Origin: Blastocystis sp. subtype 4
Lineage: Eukaryota
Length of the DNA stretch: 64,000 bases
Assembly (NCBI RefSeq): GCF_000743755.1
Contig: NW_014569543.1
Span: 1-64,000, forward strand
Reading direction: 5' to 3'
The position numbers were made by a program, and so were the translations under genes. Of the stretch, positions 38,442 through 52,369 are shown piece after piece. Numbering within the stretch: position 1 is the stretch's first letter; each line of letters opens with the position of its first letter. A model generated the notes under the pieces. It worked only from the letters and a program-made list of their open reading frames with translations. It ran no database searches and was not told the DNA's origin.

Positions 38442-40808
38442 ATGTCGAATACTGAAGAGACTAGTATCATGGTTCAAGGAGTAACGGATGAGGAAAAGAC
38501 GTTTGATGATTCTTCTTTCGGTTTCGTGTGTTTGATTTCGTTGAGGAGTGTAGGTCTTGATAAAAGGATTCTGAAAGCAGTTCACGATCTTGGGTACGCC
38601 CATCCCACATTAGTTCAGGTGTGTACTTGGAATTGGAGTGCTGATGGATTAGGCACAATCGATTCCTCTTATTCTTTCCGGAAAGGATGTATTAGTGAAG
38701 GCAAGAACGGGATCAGGAAAAACTATAGCATATGCAGTTCCAGCGGTTCAGAAACTCCTCTCACTTAATAGCAATGTTGATGGAATAAAGGTGGTTGTCT
38801 TAGTTCCTTCAAAAGAACTGTGCATGCAGACGTTTATGTGTTTCAAGAGTCTGACTCGATATTGCAGTAGTTCTGTAAATTGTGTTGCATTGTATGACAC
38901 AAATGTGGAGCAGCAGAGGGACTATCTGAATGCTTACACTGATGTTGTCATTTCGACACCCAAACTGTTATTGAGTCACTTAAAACTCCATCAAGAGAAT
39001 CTTTTGAAGAATATCCATACCTTTGTAATCGATGAAGCCGATTTGGTTGGAAAAGAGAATCGAATTGATGTGTAGTTGTTATCCTATGGATATGAGAGTG
39101 ATGTTAATGCAGTGGTCGATCTTATTCCGGCAACATGTCAGAATGTGATTCTTTCCGCTACCTTGACGGATGATGTGAATTCGCTTAAGAAGAAGCTCCT
39201 TCATAATTGTGTAACAATTAAATTGAAGGAAGAGAATACAAGTTGATGAAGATGAGGATGTTGATGTCTAGACTTGAAGGAATTCTACATTGATGTTTCT
39301 GAAAAGGATAAACCACTTCTATTGTATGCATTACTCCGTCTTCATATCATCAAAGGAAAGGTGATCATATTTGTCAACAATCTGGAATTGTAAGAAGGTA
39401 TTGTGTTATGTCAAAAATAGGGGGTATTATTTGTATATCTTCTTATCTCGCTTTTCGATGAAAGCTGTTGTATTAAACAATGAATTACCTTTATTGTCAC
39501 GTAATAATATCATTTATCAATTCAACCGAGTAAGTGATGGAATTGAATGAATGATGATTAGGGGTTGTTTGACTATTTGATAGCAACAGATGAAGGCATT
39601 GTTTCAAATGAGGACACAGAACCAGTAACATCAGAAAGTAAGAATGATGAAGAGGAGGATGGTGATCTGTTGAAAGAAGATGAGGAAGAGAAGGAGGTAC
39701 TGAAAGAGGACGATGACCTGTTGAAAGAAGATGAAGAGGAGGATGGTGATTTATTGAAAGAGGATGAAGAAAGTGAGATTGACGAAGAAGATGGTTTGTT
39801 TGATATGAGTGATGAAGAGGCTCCTTCATTGGATGAGGAGAAGGAAGACGAATCATTGAAGGATGAAGGTGAATATGCGATTAGTCGAGGGATAGATTTT
39901 GAGAGTGAGTATCTTCTAAGGTAGTGATGATCAGATGTCTCTGCTGTGGTCAACTATTCCTTAGCTTCCTCTGTAGCTTCATATATTCATCGTATTGGAC
40001 GAACAGCACGTGCTGAGAATCTGGGTATTGAAATGATTCCCACGGTTATTCGTAGGAACTGCTCTATCGTTTGTGGATATGAATCATCCTGAAGAGAAAC
40101 TGATTTTAACGGAGATCCAGAAGCATAATCCACCTCGTGATGGTCACCCTGTGCCTCAGAAACTACCATTTGATGTGAAGGAGATCGAATCATTTACTTA
40201 CAGGTGAGGACATATTTATGATTGTAATCTGTAGAGTAGAGGATGTGAAACGTGGAATTAACAAGAAATTGATTAAGGATACACGAGTGATGGAGTTACG
40301 TCGTGAGGCTCTGAATAGTGCCAAGTTGAAAATGCACTTTGAAGACAACCCACAGGAATTAAAGATGCTTCAACATGGAGCGGCGAAGAAGTTGATTCGA
40401 CCTCAACCTCACCTGAAGGATATTCCTGATTATCTGATTCCGGATGTTTTGAAACCAAAAGTGACAGTAAAGGATACTACAAATAGTCGTAGAGAGTAGG
40501 AATAGAATAAATCAATAACATGTAGGAAAATGAAGGATGATTACAAGCGGAAGAAGGTTGATGATCCCTTGCATGTACATTCTAGATAAGGGAATGAATT
40601 ATAGTCATTTGCAGTTACTGCGGAACTGCTTAGCACGAATAGCAGTGTGAGTAGTCGCCGGAACCAAAAGGTTTATTATATTACTGTAGTATGAGAATTA
40701 GAGTCAGATTTCGAATCATGTGAGAATTCCGATGAGTGGAAGAAAGATGTGGGAGGAGAAGCACAAGAAGTTGCTTAATAAGATGAGGAGAGGAAAGAAG
40801 CACCATAA
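38442..40808 (+). CDS. DDX56: DEAD-box helicase DDX56/Dbp9
   Basis: PTLVQ, ARTGSGKT, VPSKEL, IDEADL, SATL, EYAISRGIDF, YIHRIGRTARA, LNSAKLKMHFEDNP. Confidence 0.92.
39640..39790 (+). repeat. Acidic coding repeats in DDX56
   Basis: Repeated D(G/D)DLLKEDEE units. Confidence 0.6.
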
Positions 40809-40858
40809 ATGAGTTGTTTAGTTTGGTTGTTTGTTAGAATTGAAACGAAGTTGTCAAA

Positions 40859-42096
40859 ATGAGTGTCACAATCTCAGGCAATGCGCTGGCTTGTTTCTCT
40901 TCTTTCTCTTCTGATTTTGTTTTCTATGTTTGGAATGAACTTGGTTTCAAATGTAGTAATGTATTCTATATCGAAACATTTAAATCTATTGTAAATGTTG
41001 CGGGAGACCAAATTTGGGATCCAGCAATTAGAAAGACAACTAGAGAACAGCAATCACTTGCAACTACCAAACTTCGTTTTGACTTTACTTTAGTCTCCGT
41101 TTTAACGTGGGATTGAGTGTGAAATATTAGGATTAGAGCATCTAGAGCCTCATTTATTCAAGAGTTATCCTATCGATGGTCTGGAATATATATTTTTGTT
41201 TTTTATGCATTTTCGGATGATTCTCCTATTGTTGAGAGAGTGATGACAATGACATCCAAACGTATTCAAGTGGTTGTCGTCACAGCAAATTCCGAATCTT
41301 TGTTTCCTATTAATACTTTGCGGAATACTGGAATTCGTCAAGTGATCACCAGTCATTACGCAGTCACTGACATGGATTTATGGCCTTCATGTACTCTCTC
41401 TTCTTTTATCATGTTTAGTGAATTTATATGATGAAATGCAAGCAGTTCCAACCCGCTTCCTTACAGATGATCGGATGGCTATAATTATTCCAGTCTTCTT
41501 CTTCAATCAATCCCTAATCCACAATTCCATGACTCTTCAAGAATCGTTCTCATTGTCTAATCCAATATCGACTCTTAGTATAGAGGAAAGCATTTCTTCC
41601 CATCATCTGTGAATGATCTTCATGCGTGTATTCTCAATGGTACATGTTTTGAGCGTAAACCCGGTCTATTCACACATGTATCGCTTCATTATCATTTCTT
41701 ATTAGATGTTTATCAACCCCGATTGGTTTTTGCTCAATCGAACAAATCATATCGTTAGGATACGATGCATTCCCAATTATGAACAAGAACCCTATTACTT
41801 TTTGAAGAAAGGTGATCATACACCTCTCTTTGATGAACGTTTTGTCAATTATGGCTACAATAAGATGCAGCATATGCGACATTTGACGTATGTCGGTTAT
41901 CAGTTTAGTATCCTTACAAATTCATATGCAATGGATATGCCTCATGTGAAATCGAAATTGAAAGAGAGTTACCTTCAATCACAACAAGAGATGAAGCATC
42001 TGTATCACTCATTTTTGTATAATAGATCTTGGATTTCTCAAATGCATCCACGAGCTGTATATTGCAAAGCATCAAATACTAGTCTCTATATCCAAT
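40859..42096 (+). CDS. GT49/LARGE-like glycosyltransferase; stop probably completed by poly(A)
   Basis: YRWSG, FPINTLRNTG, DMDLWPS, EPYYFLK...PLFDERFVNYGYNK; ends CAA T|atca TGTTTATT. Confidence 0.75.
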
Positions 42097-42100
42097 ATCA

Positions 42101-42116
42101 TGTTTATTCACAAACA
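42101..42116. terminator. Back-to-back GU-rich 3'-end elements (GT49 / CoA-transferase)
   Basis: +TGTTTATT at 42101-42108 abuts -TGTTTGTG at 42116-42109. Confidence 0.7.
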
Positions 42117-42119
42117 TAT

Positions 42120-43780
42120 TTATATACGCAAATTCAATTGTTCTCTTGCGATCTTCTCCAAGTTTTCTCTGTGATTGGGATGAGCAATATTAATCAAGGC
42201 TCTTGCTCTCTCTCTCAATGACTTGCCATACAAATCAGCAATGCCATATTCAGTCACAATGTATCTTGATCTTATTCGCTACACACATTCTTACCTCACA
42301 TGAGCACGCGATGTCACAACACCGGCTCCTTGACGCAAGAAGCCAACAATCTTACTATCACCCTTCTTTGTTGTTGAAGGCATAGCAATAATTGGCTTTC
42401 CTCCCTTTGATCTCGAAGCTCCATAGATGAAGTCAACTTGTCCTCCAAATCCAGAGAAGATTCTCGGTCCAATAGAGTCACTCACAACTTGACCTGTAAT
42501 ATCAATCTCAATAGCTGAATTAATGGCCACCATTTTTGGCATCTGGGCAATCACAAACGGATCGTTGGTAAATGCAACATCTCGAATCAGTACCGAAGGA
42601 TTGTTATTCACAAATTCATAACTACGTCTCATTCATCATTCTCAGTCTCACGTCTTCTCAGTTCCCATTACGAAGCATGTTGAAGAACAGCCTGTATCCA
42701 TAGGCTTCTACGTATCATCACACAGCAGAATCCCAACGAATTCGTTCGTGATGGCTCCTGATTGAATTAAATCAATCATGCCATCCGAAAACATTTCACT
42801 ATGCACACCCAGACCCTTATGGCCCTTCAGATTGGCCATTACAGCATCTGGAATCACACCAATACCAGCTTGCAGTGTTGAGCCATCTTCTACCAGATTG
42901 TCTGCAATCTGCTTACCAATCTTGTACTGGACTTCATCCATCTCTACACATCACAAATGGATATGGCAATCACCAGGTAACTCATAGTGAGGAAGATCTC
43001 GATCCACATAAACCACCTTCTCGAGGTGACTCATGTGAACAAGTGTGTCTCCGTAGCAACGAGGCATGCGGGAATTGATCTCAGCAACAATAACATCAGC
43101 GCATTCGGCAGCAGCACGTGTGGCCTCTGCACCAGCACCCATTGTACAATAGCCATGCTCATCTAACCATCAGAAAAGAAGGGTGGAATTACCGGGAGGA
43201 GAGAGATGAAGCATGCAGACATTCATGTGGTAGTTTCCATTTCTCATCAATCCCGGAACTTCTCCAAAGAAAATAGGTACCTTATCATTAAATAAAGATT
43301 ATGATTGTACGTAATCATTCTGCCCACGATTTACAGCCTTACGGGTATTTCCGCCAACAAAGAGATTGCGAGTATTGAATATACCATCAAACTCTATTCA
43401 TAAACAAGTATCAAAGAGTATACCGGGTTTGGTATATGGCGCTTCACCGAGAGTGAGCAAATGGACAAGTTCAACATCCTTCAGTCCTCTTGCCTTAGCA
43501 GTCTACATAATCAGACCTCATTGAGGAATGCACATCACAGAGGGAATTCAAAAGTCCGAGAGGCGAACAGGGACCAAGATGAATCCATACCTATCCGATT
43601 ACCTTAGATACGATGGCAAACGCGATCTCCACTCTTGACTGTTTCTACAACCTCTTCAGATGTGCAGACTTTGGGCATCTTGCCAGGAACTGTCGAGGTG
43701 AGTTCACGGATCTTTCCATAGGACCGAGAGAATAAAGATCCCGAAATACTTTTTACTGCAAGTCTAGAAACCGAGAGCAT
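42120..43780 (-). CDS. Acetate:succinate / 4-hydroxybutyrate CoA-transferase family protein, organelle-targeted
   Basis: DGSTLQAGIGVIPDAV, GVHSEMFSDG, INSAIEIDITGQV, SGFGGQVDF, VTEYGIA, ALINIAHPNHRE; Arg/Ser-rich presequence. Confidence 0.9.
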
Positions 43781-43849
43781 GGTTTATTCTTGGAGATAAA
43801 ACCCGATAATGATATGGGGTTTTCCACGTTTCCACGATTAACAAACAAA

Positions 43850-45292
43850 TCAACGGATAGGAAGAGTAGTATTACAGTTTTGGTACCAATAGAGCGCATT
43901 AGGACTGTTGTCATCCAACAAGTGCCAGTTAAAAGCAGGAGCCTTATAGTTTCTCACCAGTCTCTCCATTTGTCTTTGTGAAAAGACAGGAATCCAGTGA
44001 TCTTCACCATCGATATAGAAAGTTCTCAGAAAACGCGATAACTCACCATGTTTTCCATTAACATAATCACATTTCCTGCTATCCTTCGTATGAATAAAGC
44101 GCACTCTCCCGTTAATAAGGACAGAGGAACGGTAAGACTTTGCGGTTCCTCCAAACACCCCATCTTTGTCGACACCATGGGATGCAAAGAACCAGTTATT
44201 GCTTAACCAACGAAACGAAAGTAGACCACTTTCCACAAGTGTTCTCGTCATATAATGAATACCATACTGATCGTCTGTATGGTAGTCAATCTTCATATGA
44301 AAATCGTTGATCAGTCTCCATAGTCGAAAAGTCCTATCTGTATTATGAATGAGAACGGCAAAGCCGCTCATTATCCATCTGTTGAGTTCTCGTGTCGTAT
44401 ATGCTATGTCAACATTGGATTCTCTAAAGAGACGAAATACCTCCTCGATATCGCTCGCATTACAGGCGATCACATGCGAATCCATGATAAGGGAATAATT
44501 GAAAGGAGATACCATATTGTATACTGATCTCGTAGTAAATTGAGATTGATTCGAAGGAATAATATCAAGAGGATGGATAGGAATGACTATATCTACATAT
44601 TGGAAAATAGTTGGAGACAGATCACAATTGGAGACAACAGCAATAAGAGTCTACGCATGAGTCGGATAATACACACAAACAAGAGGAGAAAGAGTTTTGT
44701 ACAGTCGTGCCATATGCTCGAGATCTGCAACATAGGAGTTTGTTATGTTGCAGGATCCATTACTGGAGTAGGCATGGAACAGAATCCCATGATCAGCCAC
44801 TGGGGGTATTCGTGACTGTTGAGATATGTAACTTTGCATTTTCATAACAAGACTAAGAATTGATAGACGAGAATGGTCATACGTTTTCATGGGATTTGTA
44901 GCATCATAAGGGTATTCATAGTATTTATTAGGCGATTGAGGAAGTGAATAGTGACGTAGTTTTGGATATTCTGGAGAGAACGTCCCAGCTGTTCGACATA
45001 AGAAGTATCTTTTTGCTGGATGTGGATATGACATACATAAAAGAAACGACTTCGTAGAGTTGAGACAGCAGATACTGTCATCATAGAGTTTGAAAGGTGT
45101 TTGTCCGACTTCGGCTCTTTTCTCTGTAATAACGGACTCACTTATGTTCTCTGGGCTAGGAACAGGGGTTACTAAGGTGAAATAAATATGCAGCAACCCA
45201 CGATGCAATTGCATTACAAGATACAAGAAAGCAAACAGGAGTAACCCATTTGTACGCACACAATAATGAATAGATTGTGTGCTGAGTACCAT
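43850..45292 (-). CDS. Type II membrane glycosyltransferase-like protein
   Basis: N-terminal TM helix; SPFNYSLIMDSH, SGFAVL and DDQYG resemble GT-A nucleotide-sugar transferases. Confidence 0.55.
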
Positions 45293-45654
45293 TTCATTGT
45301 TATATTGTAGTATTCATTTGACAAGGTCACTATTGGTGACAGGAATAGACCCGATTTCGGTATCATTATTCTTCTCTTGTTCGGAAATAGCGATGTAAGA
45401 ACCAAAATTGGTTATGCAAATGCAGTTAAAAGATTTGATAGAGTGATTTACTCAATAAACGATGTTTATCAGCGATCCTCTCATTCAAGTTGAAATATGG
45501 CTATTCACCACTTAAACACTTTATTTAATACTACTCCATTGTGTATTTCATAAATCACAAAACTAATAGAAGTCTAGGAGTAATTCATAAATACCATTAA
45601 AGAGATTACTTGAGTTTAAAAACTGGAGTGTTCAATAGCATTGGATGCGAGAAT

Positions 45655-47256
45655 ATGAATTCTAATTATAAATCTGGTTTCTGTCATGTTTGTTGGGTGA
45701 GTGAATAGATGTATGTCCGGGAAGAACTAGAGAAAGAGAAGCCTATGTGCATGGAGTTCCTGGATTAGGGGGATTGATGCAACTTGGAGATGGAGTGAAG
45801 CTTGTCATTTGTATGGTTGGAGTCTCTGGTTGCGGGAAAACGTAGGTAAGGACATGCTCTAACATATAGATATGTTGCAAATAAGATTCGCCGCTTTCTA
45901 ACATGGAAAGGATATGAAGCCCGAGTGTTTTCTTGTTCTGAAGTAAGGAAGAAGAACTATCCAGATTACGCATCTCCTCCCGCTATTTACTGGGATCCGA
46001 ATAATCCTGAGGTTGTGTAGAATAGATTTCGTTATTTTTAGATGGTTCAACTCCGCATGAAAGTACTTAAAGACACAATGAAAGAGATGTTTGAGTATCT
46101 ACGAGACAATGGTCAGGTGGGAATTCTCGATGGCTCCAACACCAGTCACGAAATTCGGGAATACATTACAAAAAGAATTGCTCAGGAAGTACAATTTGAT
46201 GGAAAGTGTGATTGTAGCCCAATGTTCATCTTCCATTGTGGATCGAAATGCGAATGAACGACAACTCGATCCGTCTTCGTCGCTTCCAACGAGAGAAACT
46301 CTTCTCCATCGAATACATGGGGTACGATCGCGCTCACGCCATGGAGGATTATGAGAACCGTGTAGCTTATCAGATGCTAAGGTACGTATTTCAGAAGGGG
46401 TGACATGTAGTTACAACGATCTTGAGAATGAAGAGAGTTATGTGTATTGTATTGCGGAAGTGAATAAGGATAATCGTAAGCGTTATATTACGAACAATGT
46501 CCGTGGTTACTTAACCACAACCATCGTATCCTTCGTGATGAATCTTCATCCAGAACCGAAACCCATCTTTTTCACTCGTCATGGTCAATCGGAGTACAAT
46601 CTGGAAGATCGTATCGGAGGTGACCCGAATCTAACAGCCTTTGGGAAACAGTATGCCCAAATGTTGGGCCGTTTCGTTTCAACTATTGAATACTGTGATG
46701 TTAATCGTCTCGCAGTATGGACAAGCTGTAAGCGACGTACTGTACAAACAGCAGAATACATTGAATGCAACAGTCGTGTTCGTTGGGCTGCTTTGAATGA
46801 AATTGATGCTGGAATTTGTGAAGATTTAACCTATACCGAAATGGGACAGAAGTATCCTGAGATTGCCAGACAACGAAAAAAAGATAAGTTGAATTTTCGT
46901 TATCCACAGTAAGAATAGTCAATAGTGTTAATGTCAGAGGGGAGAGTTATAATGACATCATTGATCGTTTACAACCAGTCATATTTGAATTAGAAAGAAC
47001 TACCAAACCTGTAATAGTTGTTTCACATCAGGCTGTTTTGCGCTGCCTCATATCATACTTTGTCGATAGTCCAAAAGTCAATATTCCTTATTATTCCATT
47101 CCATTGCATACCCTTGTTCGAATCGTAGCAAAAGAGGGTAGTTATGACGAAGAACGCTTTCCAATAATGCCTGTATGTGTCCTAGAGCGTTTGCCGCAGT
47201 TCTTGCAGAACATCGAAAACGAAAAGAAGAAAGAAAAAGAACGAAAAGAGCTGTGA
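45655..47256 (+). CDS. PFKFB: 6-phosphofructo-2-kinase/fructose-2,6-bisphosphatase
   Basis: MVGVSGCGKT, GILDGSN, FFTRHGQSEYN, LNEIDAGICE, FRYPQ|GESY, VSHQAVLRC. Confidence 0.9.
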
Positions 47257-47320
47257 GGCTCCGACTTATGTATTTGTGAATTGTTTGTTCATTTTCCTGT
47301 TAATCGATTCTCCCTTGTGG

Positions 47321-48171
47321 ATGCTTAGGACTATTACTACTACGAGTCCAAAATGGGGAAGTGTGTTGATCCGTTTCTTTTCTCGGCCACGTTCAAATCG
47401 TACCTGAATGGTTTTGTTTCTAATCTAGTTCATCTTGACCTATCTGAGATTCCTGATGAAGAAACTATTCCTTTACATACAAAAAGAGAATCGGGCCGGC
47501 CTTCAAGGGACAGGAATCCATCGAATATGTATATGCAAACGCCATTTCACCATACACATTCAGAAGATGCAGGGAAGGGATTTATCGATTTCAAGATGGA
47601 TGAATTGAGTGATAGGGGAAGAGAAGCGTTATCAAAAGTAATTCAAGATTTGAGTATTGATGAAAGTGAATTGGATGAAAATGACTCCAAAATGATTAAG
47701 GATCTGTATGGTGTGTTATCGATGCACCCAAACTTCAAAAACATGTCTCCTGATGATGTTTTGGATATGTTACAGCTGAAGAAGGAGGATCGGAAACAAG
47801 TGGATGATGCTCTTCAGTCCATCCTATCCAAAGCAGAAAAGGACCTAAGTCAAGTGGACCTAACGGAAATCTTTCCTGGAATTCAGGATTCTGTAACCTC
47901 ATTGGTCTCTGCTCTTCAGAACGCTGTTAAAGCGGATCCAAGTCTACAAACAGAACTAGATGAATGGATGAAAAGTGCAAGATCGAAGGTTGGAGAGGAT
48001 CTGAAGGGAATGGAATCTCTTAGCGATGAAGAATTTTCAACCATTGCTCTACCTCCGGAACGATTGCGGAATGCTATGATACCATTCATGAAACCTCCTA
48101 GTCGTTTGGAGGATGTCAATCTTGATGTGGGAATGGATCCGAATAAACTGTTTGTAGTTCCAAAACGATAA
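47321..48171 (+). CDS. Hypothetical helical protein, possibly organelle-targeted
   Basis: Presequence-like MLRTITTTSPKWGSVLIRFFSRPRS spliced onto a long ORF; TGTTTGTT at 48177. Confidence 0.6.
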
Positions 48172-48317
48172 GCCAGTGTTTGTTGTGATATCAGGGACAT
48201 CGTTGTAGAGATAGGATCAGTGAGTTCCTTGGAGGATTCCACTGATAATAATCCGGAGCCAGAATGTAATAATGAGATCGAGAGAACAAACACGTCAGAG
48301 AGCTATTACACAACAAA

Positions 48318-49621
48318 TCAATTTGGAGCCTTTGCAAAACATAGAAATACAACAGAAATACCCATGGTTATTAGCATTAATGCCTCGAAAAACCATGTTC
48401 GCTTTGTAGCCAACTTGAATTCCTTCCACAAGAAAATAGCATAAAGAGATGAGATAAATGGCGTAGATTGACTCAAAACATATCTATCTTGATAGAAACA
48501 TATCAATTCCTACGCTACTGCAAATCCAATCTTGGGGGCTCCTAGACAGTATCCGAATGTCCCAACAGCCCAACAGAATCCTCCCCAGATTGCTAATTCA
48601 AGAAAGATTCCATGTTCCTACCAGGCAGCAAATCTCTCCACCCAGTGTGAATCCATTCTTGGAATCCGACTGGATCTCCTGTAAATGGATGACGCATAGA
48701 AAGACTCAATATTAGCAAATGAGGAATACTTACTATGAAAACGGTGCAGCTGTGATCATTGACCAGAACGAAACCAATACAGCCATCGACTAAACTCAAA
48801 CTGCTAACACATTCTTACATAGCTATTGAAGCCATGTGGCGACTGACCTGCAATGGCTGTCGATGGAGACCAAAACATCGCCATAAAAGCTTTGAATGAA
48901 AGAAAGGAAGAATCCTTACCTCCTACAACACAAATGCCGAGTAACTTCCACACGTTGATTTTCGTTTTAACCTATTGAATTATCAGCAGTCTGATTCATC
49001 ACTTTGGGGACATCTTCTTCCAAGAGAGTTTCATCATCCGTCTCCTTGGATTGATCCTTCCTTAGATAACCATAACTACAACTAATCAATAACAACAAAA
49101 AGATACGTAATGGAATTGAAAGCAACAGCTAAGAGATTCAAGCACAGGCCTGGAATAAAGAAAAATGGATTTCCTTTCCTTTCAATTAGATACCTATTTA
49201 TCAAATCAGATATCTAAACCCACGTAAGAAACGAACCAGAGATGGTTGCTAATCCAATCTGAAGTGGGATGGAATTCGAAAGTCCAGCTGCACTTACCCC
49301 ACCTAGAATGAAAATCTGAAACAACATATCTGTGAATCCCGCAACAAAGGTTGCACCAAATCGAGTCAGCATGATTTTAGCAGGTGCATTAAATACGTCT
49401 TTCAGATTCTGCCACATCGAATCACTGCTTGGAGGACAAAGACCAGATCCCAGAAAGAGGGCAAATACAATAGTCCAGAGGAATCTCCATACCATCAAAT
49501 TTAAATGAAATACACCAGGAGGAGAATGAGTACACAAGACGGCATTATTCAAAGTTGCCCATCCTAATGTTGCAACTAGACACATTGAGAGTGCAATTCC
49601 GGAATTTGTGGGTTCGAACAT
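48318..49621 (-). CDS. DMT-superfamily transporter (ureide permease-like)
   Basis: About 10 hydrophobic helices; IALSMCLVATLGWAT, AAGLSNSIPL, LYAIFLWKEFK. Confidence 0.7.
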
Positions 49622-49654
49622 CAGGAAGATTCAATATGTCATTTCTCAATTGAC

Positions 49655-50551
49655 ATGGGTATATCCCTCGTGTTTCTTTTCTTAGTATCTACAGTATTTG
49701 GAAGTGATTGCAAATGTAAGATTTGACAATAGAGTGTACACAGTATATTCGGTCTTGTTCTTCCTGGTATCCATGTATCTTTAATGGCTTTATAAATTAC
49801 AATGATAGACAGGGATATTCTGGATGTCGAAGGAAGTGGCGATAATCCATCATCATTATCATTCCAAAGTACCCGATATGGGAATGACTGTTCAACCATT
49901 CAAATGGAATCAACAACGGAGTGAGATTGGCGAGAGGTTATGAATCGTAGATATTCCGTTGAAGGATGTGTTGCATCAAGAGATAATCGTTCAGCTATGG
50001 AGTTGATATGACAAATAGAACGACTATGTAATGTGACTTTGATAAATGCTTCGGTTTTTGTTGTTGAAGGCTTTTTTGCTCAAGAGGGGATCACTTGTCA
50101 ATCTGGTACCTTTGGCCAGTGGATGGATGTTCGGTGGAAGATCGCTAAGTGTGTTAATTATAGATCAACTTACTGTACACAGCGTGGAAAAGATGTCTTT
50201 GATTATCTGAAGTATTCACTGGGCGATACTGAACACAAGGAGTTGTATTATGAGAATGGTCGTTTCATGAATGTAGTATGAATTGTAGATATCTTTAGAT
50301 TGGACGGTATTGTCTATATTCAGGATGGACGTTAGATTCGATTATGGTGATCAGTTGTAGGTTGTCCTGTAAATTGGGGTACCGTCTGGAATTGGACGTT
50401 TTATATTGTCTGCATTCTGATCTTTGTGTTCTTGATGTACAAGGCAGTGGATCTCCACAAACAACTCTTATTTGTAAGAAGTATTAATTTAAAGCATTCG
50501 AAAAAGGAAGAAGAACCAGAAGAAATAAAGGCTAAAGTGAAAGTGACATGA
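49655..50551 (+). CDS. Hypothetical type I membrane protein
   Basis: Signal peptide MGISLVFLFLVSTVFG, Cys-containing ectodomain, TM WTFYIVCILIFVFLMY and charged tail. Confidence 0.55.
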
Positions 50552-50554
50552 TAG

Positions 50555-50569
50555 GGTTTGGAACAAACC
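50555..50569. terminator. Back-to-back GU-rich 3'-end elements (membrane protein / TPR protein)
   Basis: +GGTTTGGA at 50555-50562 and -GGTTTGTT at 50569-50562. Confidence 0.55.
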
Positions 50570-50572
50570 TTG

Positions 50573-52241
50573 TTACGAATGTTTCAGTCGAAGAAAGGGA
50601 ATCATTTGACCATTCTTTAAATAGCAGTCGCATAATAACTGTTTGATTTCTGGAGAAATGTCTTTTGAAACCACTTTACTCAAACTAGAATGAACGAAAC
50701 GATTCAAAACTACATTTCAATAGCTTTTGGATACTCCTTCCGATCATAATGTATCTTAGCTAACAGAAATGACGTTTCCAAGTGAAGAGGCTGTTCCTCA
50801 TGACATTTCTTTAACAATGTCTCTGCCAATCGTGTATTATCGTTTACTGATAACGCTGTTTTCGCTAAAAGGAGATTTGCATAGAACGAATATGGATTGG
50901 ACTTCTGAATCTGCTGAGCCAGTGTCATTGCCTTTTGGTACATCGATTCCTCCAGATAAAACGAAATCAATACTATAGTCAGAATCCATCCACATATCCC
51001 ACATGAATAGGAAAAGTAAGAAGGATAATAGTTAAGAACATTCCAGTAGCGAGTTTCTAATGTCAGTAAATCTTGATGAGTCGTAAGAAAACATCGGAGA
51101 AGAAGAATAGGAAGACCGAAGGGAGATTGTTGACTGAATCGTTGCAAACTCTGTTCACGTAACAAAGAGTTGTTTTCAGAGACGAGAGAAAGTAATGATG
51201 GAGGTGGTGGAGTTGCTAATTCAATGCTGTATACCCTCGATATTACTATAGACAGGATGTAGTCGGTTTCGAAGAAGTTGGAAGTGTCAAGCGATCGCAT
51301 CTGGACATCACAACCATCAATTATTCAAACCATCTCATACCAATGAATTGCTTCTCGGAGCTGATGAGAAGAAAAATAGCATTGAGCGATCCGTTGATAG
51401 AGTAAAGGACAGGGAGCTAGCAAGGTGCTCACTTCCTTCAGCGAATACAACGAATCTGGAATGAATCATGCAAAAAGGAAATACCCATTGGATTGGAGAA
51501 TTGCTGATACTCTGCCTTCATCAACTCTGCTGGAATGGGAGAGTCAGGAAATGGAGGTGTCTGTTGCTCCACAATTTTCAATCTATCCATGAATTAAGTC
51601 TTAGTATCATACCCCTTGAAGTCATTTAGACGACTCAAAATAGAAATAGCTTCAATAGCTAACGGTTGATCCCTAACAGTCAATGTCATTATAGAACATT
51701 ACTTCAGGACACTTAGCGCACATTTTTTTGCAAGTCTATTTCAAAAGGTAATCTCAATTGTACTCATAATTGTTACAAGACCAATAGAGTCGCATCATTG
51801 TGGAGCGAATCTCTGTGGATCGTTTGGATTCTGGAATATCTTCTAACTACAAACTCATTCAAACCATCTATAACACACAATATAAATGCACGATCGAATC
51901 ATTGCTCGATCTTCCTTATCCTCAGCCATATCATATTCACATTGATAGAGCTTGAAAAGGATATCTGCTCGATCTGGGAACTCTTCAGTGGCTGAAATCA
52001 AGTCTAACGCAAGCTGGAAATAATTCTAGAAATTAAAAAGGAGCAAAAGGATGACTTTGGCTTGAGAATACTTGCGAAGTCGCAGCAAGCAATCACCAAA
52101 CACATAGTATCGTTTCCCCAATTCTGTAGAAGATAAGTTCTCCTCGCAAATCCAGAGAGAAACCCAATACTCAGCAGACTCAAGGAGATTGTTGTCTATA
52201 AGGGTACGAATATCCTTCTCATCAATTCCAATGCGTCCCAT
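50573..52241 (-). CDS. TPR protein, APC7/APC3-like
   Basis: N-terminal LIDNNLLESAEYW...GDCLLRLRKYSQA, a PLAIEAI motif and multiple TPR-like helices. Confidence 0.6.
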
Positions 52242-52369
52242 CACAATTAATGACGATCCAGAACCATGAACAATCAAAAAATGGAGATCCTCTCATGGAT
52301 TCTTCAAAAAAGAACAAGTCTATAACATGACTATATCAATAACAAACAGAAAAGACATGATACAACGAA

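Noticed and set aside
47916..48293. 125-aa minus-strand ORF as an extension of the transporter
   Set aside because: The transporter stops at 48318 with its own TGTTTGTT; this ORF is largely antisense to the neighbouring gene.
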